A DNA stretch of 64,000 bases from TPA_inf: Saccharomyces (Eukaryota). Below the pieces are notes generated by a model that worked only from the letters and a program-made list of their open reading frames with translations, searched no databases and was not told the origin of the DNA. The number at the start of each line of letters is the position of its first letter. Within the stretch, counting starts at the first letter, position 1. This document shows, piece after piece, positions 1-11,144 of the stretch. The DNA is taken from contig BK006934.2 in assembly GCA_000146045.2 (NCBI GenBank), forward strand, positions 288,001-352,000. Reading direction: 5' to 3'. Both the position numbers and the translations under genes were made by a program.

Positions 1-811
1 CAACTAAATAACGTGGAGATTCTGGAACGAATGTCATACCACCAATCATAAACAAAGCCCAAGCGAAACCTAGACCTAATGGAACTCTCCATTGGACAGA
101 ATTGGTGTAGGTCTTGGTACCGTAGTTTGTACAGTAACCCAAGAAAATACCCAAAGTAATCATAAGTTGGTAACATGAAACCAAAGTACCTCTAATATGC
201 TTTGGAGAGACTTCAGAAATCAACATAGGAGATAAAACGGCAATACCACCGACACCTAAACCAGAGATAATTCTACCAATGAAATATTGGTACCACTTGT
301 TGATTGAGGCAATTTGGATAATGATACCGATAATGTAGATGACAACAACGACAATCAAACCCATTTTACGACCATACATATCACCTAATTTTGCTAAAAT
401 AATACCACCAATGGCACAACCAATGTTGAAAATGGAGACAATTAAACCAGTTCTAACCTTAGACAAATAATAAGTACCATCGTGGTGCTTCATACCAAAT
501 CTTCTGATAAAATCAGTTTGAGCAACAAAACCAGAAATGGTACCAGTATCCCAACCGAAAACAAAACCACCGAAAGCAACCATTAAACAACAGATGGAAA
601 CTGTAACGTAGGCGGAGGCGGGCTTCTTTGGAATTTCAACGTAGTTATTAGATTCTTCGTGATTCTCGTCGAAATCTTTCATGTCATCTCTTTCAGCTTT
701 GTTGGATGGAGTAGACAAAGCGGAATTAGAATCGGATTCAACTGGCGACAAAGCATCAGCTGGAGTATTTTGGACTGCTGTATCCTCTTGATAGGCAGCT
801 TCTTCAGACAT
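1..811 (-). CDS. HXT4: Hexose transporter HXT4, N-terminal about 270 codons (3' part of gene lies left of window). MFS sugar porter.
   Basis: Reverse-strand ORF ends with ATG at 811..809 and reads [14 protein letters not shown]... The region is about 85% nt-identical to HXT1 (1..200 vs 3841..4040). It is the first member of the HXT4-HXT1-HXT5 array. Confidence 0.85.
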   Translation of the reverse strand, partial: MSEEAAYQEDTAVQNTPADALSPVESDSNSALSTPSNKAERDDMKDFDENHEESNNYVEIPKKPASAYVTVSICCLMVAFGGFVFGWDTGTISGFVAQTDFIRRFGMKHHDGTYYLSKVRTGLIVSIFNIGCAIGGIILAKLGDMYGRKMGLIVVVVIYIIGIIIQIASINKWYQYFIGRIISGLGVGGIAVLSPMLISEVSPKHIRGTLVSCYQLMITLGIFLGYCTNYGTKTYTNSVQWRVPLGLGFAWALFMIGGMTFVPESPRYLV

Positions 812-1141
812 TTTTGGCAGATTTTATTGTAAAAGTGTTTCAAAACCAAACCTTGATAAGAGGCTTTGAATATATCTTTTCTTTATGGTTTCTATTACTC
901 ATGAAGAGGAATTGAAGTGAATGAATCGAGAATAATGAATAAAACACTGAGTATTTATATAAAATTTTTTCTAGATGACATATTATTCATTCCCCAGTGT
1001 TGAAGCTTTTCACCACTAATTGACTTGAAGATTATTTTAGTTGCTTTTCTTACCACCCCACCTTCATAAACTTAAAAATATTATATTAGAATTTGAGTTT
1101 TCCTCCGTTGTTTCTTAATCAGAATCGTTAGACGCCGAATA

Positions 1142-1690
1142 ATGGACTGTAAAATCAAAGCAGCTGGAAAAAACTCTGGAATTTTTCATGAAGGTGGCAC
1201 TAAATCGTCGAAGAGCTTCTTGACCGTTTTTATCCGAAGTGTTTTTCCTCTTTCCCCAAGTTTTCCTGCAGGCGGGGGAATATGGGGCCCCATGGAAAAA
1301 AAACCGGGGGGGGTGGGAAAAAAAAAGGGGTCAGAAAAAAAAACTGCTCAGGGAAATATCTTCTTCTCCACAGAAAGAGACGCAGGCCAGGAAAAATGTG
1401 GAATATTATATAAACATTGTTTTTCCATTTTGTACGGATTTTTTTGGAAGAAAGCGGATAAACCGAAAGAAAAAACGGGAAATGGTTCCGGTTTGGGCAT
1501 TGTTTTTCCTATTGGGCAAAAAAAAATCCCGGAACCAGCTGACTCGGATATTTTTCTTCCTTGTTTCCGCTATGCTGCTGCAAGTGACTTTACGAAGGCC
1601 AAGCGTTTCTTGGTGGAAATTACTGCAGTGTACTGGGTTTCGTTGGAGGCCCAGCCTTCATCTGCGTCTTGTTTATTCATTCTCATCTGA
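1142..1690 (+). other. Dubious 182-codon ORF in the HXT4 upstream region (AHT1/YHR093W in S288C). It overlaps the HXT4 promoter and its translation is low-complexity.
   Basis: The ORF spans the homopolymer G/A block 1290..1340 (translated GGGIWG...KKKG). Codon usage is not gene-like. Its length matches the annotated dubious ORF. Confidence 0.3.
1290..1340. promoter_or_regulatory. G/A homopolymer block with Mig1-like GC boxes (AAAAAAAACCGGGGGGGGTGGG, AAAAAAAAAGGGG) in the HXT4 promoter
   Basis: An A8 run followed by CCGGGG fits the Mig1 consensus (AT-rich flank plus SYGGRG). HXT4 is glucose-repressed via Mig1 (established). A CGGATAA Rgt1-type site lies at 1454..1460. Confidence 0.5.
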
Positions 1691-2912
1691 TTATTATATC
1701 TTGATCGGTGCAAAAAAATTTTGAGGTACTTAAAATTTATTTTGCATAGAGATATTCGCATAAATGGAAAACCTAAGCTTTTCAGGTACGACTATTTGGC
1801 AACATCGTTGAACCTGGCTTTTCGGTCCTAACTTTGCACCATCTAGGATGAGACTATCTTGACTGTTTTACTTTTACGCATCGCTAGAAAATACGTGCGC
1901 GTTGCCAAATCAAAATTCCCGCAAATTGATGCGGTAGCGTAGTTCTGTTCCAAAATGAAAGTGAAACAACATAATGTTCCTTCTAGTTTTCGTGTCTGAA
2001 AGCTAAACCTCAAAGTTGAAACTAAAGCATGATTCCCCACCTCCTTCCTATTAGTCTTTTTTCCCGTAAAAGTTGGAAAATATCTGGGGTACTTGCGTCA
2101 GCTGTTCAGATCTTCTCTTACCGCTGTCGTGTCTTGTCTACAATGTCAGGTTGGCAGCCTAAGTTTTGGATTTAATAACCCTAGGGCTTTTCATTCTTTT
2201 ATCAATCAGAACATTTACATGAAGAGGGCTGGAATAAAAAAAAAATATTCGGTTCTCCTCCATGCATAATGACGTAGTATTCTTATTGGCGCCAAACATA
2301 GTGTCATAATGCTTTTTCAACGATTTTAAAGTAACTCTTAGTGGATTGGAAAGGTCGCCTTTTCGATGGTAGCGTGCATTTTCTCGTCATTTTTTTTTTA
2401 CTTGTCGTCTTTTCTTTACTGCTTCACCTCTTATCAAGCAAGTGTTTTTCGTGTCTCCCTGTGCCAGTCAGAAAATACATATGATTGGCAACTGTATATC
2501 CATTGAGATCGACTCGGTTATCTGTTAATGGAAATTATTGCTAGTAATTATAAATACCTAAAAACAACATCCTAACAGGCTTAAGTAACACTACTAGATG
2601 TTGAAGCAGCAGCGTTGTCAATTTCTATTCATTTGACATTTTTCCGAAATCATAAGCGGGCGTTTGAACTATGTATAGCGCCTATGTGGTATTAACCCAT
2701 ACTATATCATATAAAATTTTTCCTCGGAAGAGTGCCAGAATGAAATTTCTTGTTCCTTGGTGAAGGTCAAGAACTAGCAAAGAAAAGAACATCTGTTTAT
2801 GAATTTGACAAGAATTTTGTTTTAACACCAATATAATATCACCTTTATAAAATTTACTGAGAAATTAAATACTGTATAAGTCATTAAAATATGCATATTG
2901 AGCTTGTTTAGT

Positions 2913-4625
2913 TTATTTCCTGCTAAACAAACTCTTGTAAAATGGTTGGTCATCATGCATTAGGTCATCAGCGTTGTAGTCAGCGCCTCTCTTGGATACT
3001 GGAACCCAGGAAGCTGATTTCCATGGTAGAACACCTTCGGCGTACATATCATTAACTTCTTCTAATGATAAACCTTTAGTTTCTGGAACGAAGAAAAAGA
3101 CGTAAAAGTAAGCGAAAACCATACAGCCCATGAAAACGTAACCGTAGTAGAAGTTGATGGCACCAGTAATAAATGGGGTGAAGAAACTAATCAAGAAACC
3201 CCAGATCCAGTTAGCAGCACTGGCAATAGACATACACTTGGATTTGACTCTTAATGGGAAACATTCTGAAATAACAACGTAAGCAATTGGGGCCCAGGTA
3301 GTAGCGAAACAGAAAATGTAGAAACATGCGAAAACAATCATACAGTTACCAGCACCCTTTGAAGATGGTTGATCTTGACCGTTTGGCCATAATCTGGTAA
3401 CACCAACAGAGGCATAGACAACATAACAGCAGACCATACCGACAGCACCCCACATCAAACAGTTACGACGGCCAAAACGGTCAACGGTGTACAGAGAACA
3501 ACAAGTGGAGAAGAAGTTGACGACACCAAAGACAATAGAAGTTTCAAAAGAGTCACTTAAACCGACAGCCTGGAAAACAATGGTACCGTAGTAGAAGAAA
3601 TAGTTATCACCAGTTAATTGTTGTAGAGATTGAATCATGATACCCATCATAGTACGTTGAAACATGGCTGGTTTACCAGTGAATAATTCGCCCCAAGATG
3701 CAGTACCAGCGGCTCTCATTTCTTCGACACTGGCTTCGATAGTTTCCAACTCATATTGAATGTATGGATGGTCAGGTGGGCATTTGTTAACTTTAGCTAA
3801 AGAAGCCCTGGCTTCGTCGATTCTGCCAGCTTCAACCAAATAACGTGGAGATTCAGGAACAAACATCATACCACCAATCATAAATAAGGCCCAGGCGAAA
3901 CACAAACCTAATGGAACTCTCCATTGGACAGAGTTTGAGTAATTCTTGGTACCAAAATTGGTACAGTAACCTAAGAAAATACCTAAAGTAATCATGACTT
4001 GGTAACATGAAACCAAGGTGCCTCTCATTTCACTGGGGGCGACCTCAGATATTAGCATGGGAGATAAAACTGTGATACCACCGACACCTAAACCAGAGAT
4101 AATTCTACCAATGAAATATTGGTACCACTTGTTGATCGAGGCTATTTGAATAATGATACCGATAGTGTAGATTACTACAACGACAATCAAACCGATTCTA
4201 CGACCATACATATCACCTAGCTTGGCTAAGACGATACCACCAATGGCACAACCAATGTTAAAAATAGAGACAATTAAACCAGTTCTCACCTTGGACAAGT
4301 AATGACTACCGTCGTGGTGCTTCATACCAAATCTTCTTAGAAAATCAGTTTGAGCAACAAAACCAGAAATGGTACCAGTATCCCATCCAAATATGAAACC
4401 ACCGAAAGCAACCATAACACAACAGATAGAAACCGTTACGTAGACACCTTTTCCGGTGTTTGGAGGGGCAACGGCGGGTTGCACTTGACTTTCACTTAAG
4501 TTGTCGTGAAAACTTTCATTTTTACCTTCTGGAGTATTCATGGCCTTTGAACGACCAGATTCCAATTCATATGAGTTGGATGAATTGGATTTCTGAGGAG
4601 ATATTAGATCGGGAGTTGAATTCAT
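2913..4625 (-). CDS. HXT1: Low-affinity hexose transporter HXT1 (570 aa). MFS sugar porter.
   Basis: 570-aa ORF with ATG at 4625. It has 12 TM segments and the sugar-porter motifs GRR/PESPR. Length and position (between HXT4 and HXT5) match. Confidence 0.9.
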   Translation of the reverse strand: MNSTPDLISPQKSNSSNSYELESGRSKAMNTPEGKNESFHDNLSESQVQPAVAPPNTGKGVYVTVSICCVMVAFGGFIFGWDTGTISGFVAQTDFLRRFGMKHHDGSHYLSKVRTGLIVSIFNIGCAIGGIVLAKLGDMYGRRIGLIVVVVIYTIGIIIQIASINKWYQYFIGRIISGLGVGGITVLSPMLISEVAPSEMRGTLVSCYQVMITLGIFLGYCTNFGTKNYSNSVQWRVPLGLCFAWALFMIGGMMFVPESPRYLVEAGRIDEARASLAKVNKCPPDHPYIQYELETIEASVEEMRAAGTASWGELFTGKPAMFQRTMMGIMIQSLQQLTGDNYFFYYGTIVFQAVGLSDSFETSIVFGVVNFFSTCCSLYTVDRFGRRNCLMWGAVGMVCCYVVYASVGVTRLWPNGQDQPSSKGAGNCMIVFACFYIFCFATTWAPIAYVVISECFPLRVKSKCMSIASAANWIWGFLISFFTPFITGAINFYYGYVFMGCMVFAYFYVFFFVPETKGLSLEEVNDMYAEGVLPWKSASWVPVSKRGADYNADDLMHDDQPFYKSLFSRK

Positions 4626-5019
4626 GATTTTACGTATATCAACTAGTTGACGATTATGATATCTTTATAGATTTTAAGGTGGGGAAAGAACATGAGACCC
4701 CAGATGGAATTGATTATGGGGACATTGTTGCCTTTATATATAATTTCAATATACTAATTCAAATGATTAAAAACGTGAGGGGGACACGCAACTTCGGGTG
4801 TTAAGAAATATTTTGCTACATTAGATAATGGTGGAGTTTCCTGGCTTGTCGGATAAAAGCCATCAAATGTCGCAGCAGCTCATGTTTACGTTTGCTGTCT
4901 TCTGCCCACGTCATATGAGTGGTATTCTTCTATCAGCACTTGATGAATATTCTTTTTCTCATATATCTGAAAGACAAAAGATCGGCACGGCAATGCCCTG
5001 CAGCATTTCTTCCTAGTTT

Positions 5020-5271
5020 TTCCGAATTTCCATTACGTATTGGATCTTGTGCGCATATTTGTCAGTCCTTCACGGAAAAAAAAAAAGAGCACTGGGTCAC
5101 TTCGGAAAAACTTTTGACTCAATGCAACAGTGTCATAATCCTTTGCGCTGTCTCTTTGAAGAAAAATCAGGAGTGCAAGATATCGATTAATTCCTTGGAA
5201 GTTATGATGGTTAGTCTTAGTTTAACTCTCTTGAAGAAGGGTTTTTTCAGTTGGTCAACACTCTTTAGAGG

Positions 5272-5303
<32 letters not shown>

Positions 5304-5780
5304 TTCTTCATGTAATTTACCATGATTCTACGTTTTTGCAAGCAAAAATGAAGATAATCCGAGCGCATGCGCAAGTAGTCCCTGCCATGCCGCTTCGGAA
5401 AAACTTTCGAAACCAATACTCCTTACATCCGCCTTGAATTTAGGACCTACAATTGTTGTCTCTTCTGCTTGAACCAATAAGCCCTAGAAACCTTACACCC
5501 TAATTTGCACAAGAAAACTACGAAAAAATTTTTTCCTCTTTTTTCCGCAGCTCCAATCTCGCCCTGCTATTTTTTTGGTTCGGAGAAAAATAGTCGGTCG
5601 ATATGAATTGAAGTTTCATTGTGGCCACTCGTTTAGGAATGGAATAACCTCCGCGAATGGAAAAAAAGAACTCGGAATATCAAAAATTCCGGCTCAAAGG
5701 AAAAATTTGCTTCAGGAGGGGGGAATTATATTCCAGATGAGACCTGCAAGGATTTCTGTGTGAGGTTTTCTCGGAGGAAT
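5020..5780. promoter_or_regulatory. Cluster of Rgt1-type CGGANNA sites in the HXT1 promoter
   Basis: CGGAAAA occurs (either strand) near 5025, 5103, 5395 and 5545. CGGAGAA is near 5581, CGGAATA near 5673 and CGGAGGA near 5773. That makes at least 7 matches to the Rgt1 consensus within about 750 bp, 400-1150 bp upstream of the HXT1 ATG. Confidence 0.5.
5273..5298. repeat. A26 homopolymer, a poly(dA:dT) nucleosome-excluding tract in the HXT1 promoter
   Basis: 26 consecutive A residues, about 650 bp upstream of the HXT1 ATG. Confidence 0.9.
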
Positions 5781-6668
5781 AATAGTTTTCCAAAAATTAC
5801 TTTTGGCAACTACGTGAATATAATTGACTACGGATATCCTTCGAGAAGGCCATAAAAAGAACCGTGACAGGGCCAAACAGAAAAATAATGAAGACAAGTT
5901 TGCTTTTTCTCTCACTGTATTTGAGGATCGGAAGCTTTTTGCACTGAAAATATTCTGGGTTAACAAGGTTTAAAGAAGCAAACTGCCACAAAGTATATGA
6001 GAGTATAACCGGACGGTACCTATACTTTGAAGTTGGAATAAATACGGGGTAGACAAAAAGGATGTGTTTCTGTATGTCTGATGAGAATGATGTCATCAAA
6101 GAACGTAAACAACAGTAACTGTCTATATTCTTGCTTTTTATTATGCGCTGTTACAGCAGGTAGCGGAGTTTTCAGTTCTTTCCCTAGTATGTAGTATGAA
6201 GGATAATACGGTAAAAGAACGGGGCTCTTGATTCATCATATAAATTTATTTTCCCCTGTTGAAACCTCGAGTAACCGTCCTCACTGTTTTATTACCAAGG
6301 ATGAGCTCGAGCAGTTGTAAGAGAGAAGTGGGCAGAAAAGTATAAGTAACAAGAAACGATATACAAGTTCTTGTTGTTAGGCGTAGCAACCCTTTCTCCC
6401 CTGGTTTGATCCTACTTAAAATAAAGAAAAAAAACAAAAACGTCATGATGATTTTGATATTATTAGACATACGTAATTTAGTTGAATTAAAGGAATAACA
6501 GGCAGCCCTATTAACCACGGACAAAATATCTCTGCATATGATTGCATTATTTGTAAACTATGAATGAACATATGAACGAAAACGATTAATATTAATATTA
6601 AAATTTGAAATGGTGCAATGCTGAACATTGCAAGTATGCGAAAATAGTTGATCCTACACTACAAGAGA

Positions 6669-8447
6669 TTATTTTTCTTTAGTGAACATCCTTTTATAAA
6701 ATGGTCTCGGATCATTTCTAGTAGCGTCTAGGTCATAATCTGTTGTTCTCCTAGATGGTGGGATCCATTTGGTAGACTTCCAAGGTAGCACATTTTCTTC
6801 ATACATTTCGTTGACTTCTTCTAATGTTAAGCCCTTTGTCTCTGGAACAAAGAAGAACACATAAAAGTATGCGAACACCATACAACCCATAAAGACATAG
6901 CCATAATAGAAATTGATTGCTGAAGTAATAAATGGAGTGAAAAAACTGATCAAGAACCCCCAAATCCAGTTACAGGCACTTGCAATCGACATTGCTTTAC
7001 CACGTACTCTTAAGGGATACGACTCAGAGATAAGGACATAGGCAACGGGGGCCCAAGTGGTAGCGAAACAGAAAATGTAGAAACATGCGAAAACAATCAT
7101 ACAGTTACCAGCACCCTTTGAAGATGGTTGATCTTGACCGTTTGGCCATAATCTGGTAACACCAACAGAGGCATAGACGACATAGCAACAAATCATACCT
7201 ACACAGCCCCATAACAAACAATTACGACGACCAAAACGATCGACGGTATATAGCGAGAAAAAAGTCGAAACAAAATTAACAACACCCAAAACAATAGCAG
7301 TTTCAAATGAATCTTCCAAACCAACAGCCTGGAAAATTGTAGTACCATAGTAAAAGAAGTAATTGTCACCTGTCAGCTGTTGTAAAGATTGAATCATCAT
7401 ACCCATTAGTGTACGTCTGAACATCTGGGGCTTACCAGTAACCAATTCCCCCCAAGAAGCAGAGCCCGCCAATCTCTCAGCTTCAATAGAAGACTGATAG
7501 TTCTCCATTTCTAAAGTTACTAAAGGAGAGTCTTCAGTGGTTTTGTTAGCTCTTGCTAAGGACCGCTTGGCCTCTTCAATTTTTCCCACTTCTACCAGAT
7601 AACGTGGGGATTCAGGAACGAACGTCATACCAACAATCATAAAAATAGACCATGCAAAGCATAAGCCTAATGGTACCCTCCATTGGACAGAGTTTGAGTA
7701 ATTCTTGGTACCAAAATTAGTACAATATCCCAAAAAGATACCGAAAGTGATCATTAATTGGTAACATGAAACCAGAGTACCACGCAACTGCTTAGGCGAC
7801 ACTTCAGAAATTAGCATAGGCGCCAAAACTGTAATACCACCAACGCCCAGTCCTGAGATGATTCTTCCAATGAAATATTGATACCATTTGTCAATGGAGG
7901 CGATTTGGATGATGATCCCAATTGAGTAAATGACGACAACAGTCATCAGACCAATCTTACGTCCATACATATCACCGAGCTTTGACAAAACTATACCTCC
8001 GATAGCGCAGCCGATGTTGAAAATAGAAACCATCAAACCGGTTCTGACATCGGAAAGATAGGTAGTCCCGTTTGCACGGGTGCTGCCAAATCGCCTAATG
8101 AAGTCTGTTTGCCTGACAAAACCAGATATAGTACCAGTATCCCACCCAAACACGAACCCACCAAAAGCAACCATCAAACAGCAGACGGATACAAATAGTA
8201 AATCCGACTTCGATTTCTTCTCTAGTTGTTTGTCAACCTCCTTCTGAAGCTCTTCCAGTTCGTCTTTGGGAGGGCCTTCATGGGAAATGTAACTTGAGAC
8301 GGGTTTAGCTTGTGCCAAATTATCGTTGTAACCGGCGGTACCAGGAGCAGTCGAGTTTCCTGACTTCTCGTTGTATGAGTTAGAATTTGTGCTCACAGTA
8401 GCAGACCCTTCCAAGGGGCCTTGATGAGCGTTTTCAAGTTCCGACAT
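6669..8447 (-). CDS. HXT5: Hexose transporter HXT5 (592 aa), the growth-rate and stress-regulated member
   Basis: 592-aa ORF with ATG at 8447. It has a longer hydrophilic N-terminus ([18 protein letters not shown]) than HXT1/HXT4. The sugar-porter core is about 80% identical to HXT1. Confidence 0.9.
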
Positions 8448-8746
8448 TCTTTCTTTACCTCTAATATATTCTTTTTTCTAGAAAAATAATATTTTTTGCT
8501 GGTTTTAACAAAGCTATGAAGTAAAATTGCAAAGTGAAAGCGAATCTTGTTTGCGTATATTATATATAGAAAAATTATTCAATCGACTTTTCTCTTTCTT
8601 TTGATAGTTTCTTATTCTTAGAGGGAGAACCGTTCGACTAGCATGAAAAGAAAAGAGAGAGACTCTTTTATACGTGAAATCAAAAAGAAACCAAACTTGA
8701 GGTACTCTACTAATGATTCTGGCCCTCCTTTCTTGTTTACTCCGTG

Positions 8747-8751
8747 CCCCT
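8747..8751. promoter_or_regulatory. STRE (CCCCT) in the HXT5 promoter. A second copy lies at 8915..8919.
   Basis: Two CCCCT pentamers, about 300 and 470 bp upstream of the HXT5 ATG. HXT5 is known to be controlled by STRE/Msn2/4 (established knowledge). Confidence 0.45.
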
Positions 8752-9384
8752 AAAACTAATTAACCCATGCCCATATATTCATCCACACGACCATTAATAT
8801 TGAACATAAAGATATCATTTCACCAAGCAGTACTTCACTCAATAACAAGGTGTGAAATCCGGTATATTATTCCATCGCTATGAGTGCGGGATCAGAAAGT
8901 GAATTACTTACTGTCCCCTAATGTGCACAGCCACGGGGAATGCGGATCAACTGCAGAGAAAAGGGCGCACAGAGTTAGAATGCATCCCTTAATCCGGGAA
9001 GTAACAGTAACACGTCATGCGGATGTTTCTTCGGTGGGTATGGGTCACAATTTCGTCCACCAGTACATCACAGCATGCTCTCATTTCTTTACTTTTTGCT
9101 AGCAGATGATTACTTTCATTTCGGGTGGGATGGGCCACCTTTTTAGTTTATCCTCCGGGATGCCTTAAACAAGAAAATGGAACAGTGGGGATAAGACCCA
9201 TAAAAAATCCGAAGTGATAAGTATTGATTGGTATATTCCCGTATCGGAGACCTTAACATAACATAGTGTAGTGATTTTGCGTATAGAAAAGTAACCAATA
9301 AAATAAGGTAAATATTGCTATATGAATGTAATAAATAAAATAATATATGGGCGCAACAAAAAGAACGCAAGAAAGAAGCATTGA

Positions 9385-10360
9385 TCAGTGCTTTTTACTA
9401 GTTTTCAAGCTTTTCACCCTCCTTAATAGCTTGTTGCCGGTGTTTTCCTTTTTAACAACATCTTCGTGACCGCTTCCTTGGGTGGCAGTGACCGGAACAG
9501 AAGTTCTATTATCGTCTACGTCCTTTTGCTCCAAGTGTCCACTATGTGTTTTCACTAGCTTTAAATTGTTGTTGTTCACTTGTAGATGTCTTCTTGAGGG
9601 GAGAGACTTTTTTCTTGCTATGCTGTTTTTCCTACGAGATTCTTGTGCGTGGTTGATAACATCTTGCTCTATGGCAGCGGAAGACGCTGGTGCGCCATCC
9701 AGGAACGTCGTTGAGCCTAGACCCATCGTAATGGGCCCATGGACTAGTTCAGTTTTCATTTTGGAATCGAACTGGGTAATATTTTTTGAATTCGGTTTAA
9801 TCGCATCCAAAGTCGTAGTACTGGAATTGGCCTTATTGAATAAATATGCTCTATCTTGTAGTTGGTTCAGCGTCTCAGAATCGTCGTCTACTGTTTCCCT
9901 ACCAAACACCTCATCTAAGGTAGACTTCTTACTTGTGCGGCCGCCTACTGTATTATTTGGACCATCTGCTGGGAAGGCCAGTACAGGCGCCACTTTATTA
10001 TTCTTATTTCTCTGTGGAGTGCATGCATCAAAGGGGCCGTCATGATGGAAAGATCCGCCAAATAATCCTGTAACATCCATCTTGTCAATAGTGTCTACAT
10101 TTTTAGGGGGCTTAACCTTGGTTCTGCTTTTGCTCTTCTGCTTATCTTTGTCCCTATGTCCGTGTGATGTACGACGATGGTGGTGGTGGTTGTGTTGGTG
10201 ACTATTTGAACCACTACTGCGTTTCTTTTCTTTTGGGTATGGAGCTTGCTGTTTCGGTGTCCCCGCAGCTTCTTCATATGATGGGAGTCTTTCTTGTCTA
10301 GAATTGGAAACGCTACTGTTATGGGCCCTCCTAGTGTCATCTTCATTTAAAAATGGGTTA
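9385..10360 (-). CDS. YHR097C exon 2 (976 nt). Protein of unknown function, PAL1 paralog (PAL family).
   Basis: Joins in frame to exon 1 (10485..10609). Total CDS is 1101 nt = 366 aa + stop, matching the annotated size. It contains a His-rich run (HQHNHHHH) and the PAL-family DGPFDA motif. Confidence 0.7.
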
Positions 10361-10484
10361 CTGCAATAATTATGGATTATCTCAATCGATTTTGAAAGGA
10401 GAAAAAGAGTTAAGTTAGTATTCTGAAGTAGTCATGACTGTTAGTTACACTGTAGTGCAATTTTGGGAGTGGAGCTACACATAC
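10361..10484 (-). other. Intron of YHR097C (124 nt). 5'SS GTATGT, branchpoint TACTAAC, 3'SS TTGCAG.
   Basis: Reverse strand reads GTATGT at 10484..10479, TACTAAC at 10420..10414 and CAG at 10363..10361. An upstream GAG at 10383..10381 would give an immediate TAA stop, so the CAG is used. Confidence 0.65.
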
Positions 10485-10609
10485 TTATAATTCCTGGGCG
10501 TTTCATCCCTGCTTGATACTCTGTCCTCTGAAGGAGAAACTCTGAAGGGGTTAATCACTGTATTCACGCCATTTTGAGGACCGCCTATGGTCCTTCCTGT
10601 TTGATTCAT
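10485..10609 (-). CDS. YHR097C exon 1 (125 nt, MNQTGRTIGGPQNGVNTVINPFRVSPSEDRVSSRDETPRNY + 2 nt)
   Basis: ATG at 10609..10607. The exon ends in phase 2 immediately before GTATGT. Confidence 0.6.
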
Positions 10610-11144
10610 TTGCGTCTGTTTGATATAGTATTCTTTGGAAAAAACGCTTCTGAAATACAAAATAGTAGTAATTTTGCAAGATTTACCAGAAGACAGTCAA
10701 GAAAAAATAAAGATAAAAGAGGAAGCAAAGCTACAGTTTTATCCCTGTAATTATGAGATTCTCTCATCCTATGTAGAATTTCACCCTTTCTCTGCCTGCG
10801 TTTCACATACTGCCTTTTTTTTTTTTTTGGCAGTATTCTCAGCATAGTCAGCGTTTCGCTGCCGAGAGCCCTTCTGTGGCTGGAACCCCACCAAAACACG
10901 AACCCAAAAATACTTCTCCTGTATTCCCCTTGATCAACGCCTTTCTACATGAGGAGGCGCAGGTGAATGCAGAAAGGCACAATATAGCCAACACGTAAAA
11001 ATCACAATCATATCAGTCTATTCATTCATTTACGTATTTAATTATTTAGTAATGGATATACGAACCGCATCGGCCACAGCCACAACAATATGTCGTTATT
11101 TCCAGTTTTCTGCGTGTAAGCACAGGGTCTCCTTTGAGCGAGGC

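Noticed and set aside
4919-5437. 172-aa ORF in the HXT1 promoter (possibly the annotated dubious YHR095W), and the 62-aa ORF at 4828..5016.
   Set aside because: The translation contains the poly-Lys from the A26 tract. It overlaps the Rgt1-site cluster, and its composition is not gene-like. I treat it as non-coding promoter DNA.
1-8447. HXT4-HXT1-HXT5 similarity read as a recent segmental duplication or a mobile element
   Set aside because: The three genes have diverged N- and C-termini and diverged promoters. There are no flanking direct repeats or LTRs. This is an old tandem paralog array, with only localised conversion (see the finding).
8884-9370. Small ORFs (72 aa plus strand, 75 aa minus strand) between HXT5 and YHR097C
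   Set aside because: They are short, have no homology I can recognise, and lie in the HXT5 promoter and YHR097C 3' region. They are likely spurious.
9482-10045. 187-aa plus-strand ORF antisense to YHR097C. Similar long antisense ORFs occur in ORC6 (56373..57206, 277 aa), BZZ1 (51258..51836, 192 aa), KIC1 and TRA1.
   Set aside because: They lie entirely inside well-supported genes on the opposite strand. They have low-complexity or biased translations (poly-Ser, poly-Leu) and no recognisable domains. This is typical of chance antisense ORFs opposite AT-poor or codon-biased genes.
10095-10346. 83-aa reverse-strand ORF upstream of the YHR097C main ORF, taken as a separate gene
   Set aside because: Its 5' part (downstream of 10360) is actually exon-2 coding sequence read in the correct frame after splicing. 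Its ATG is preceded by an in-frame TAA and is not a real start.
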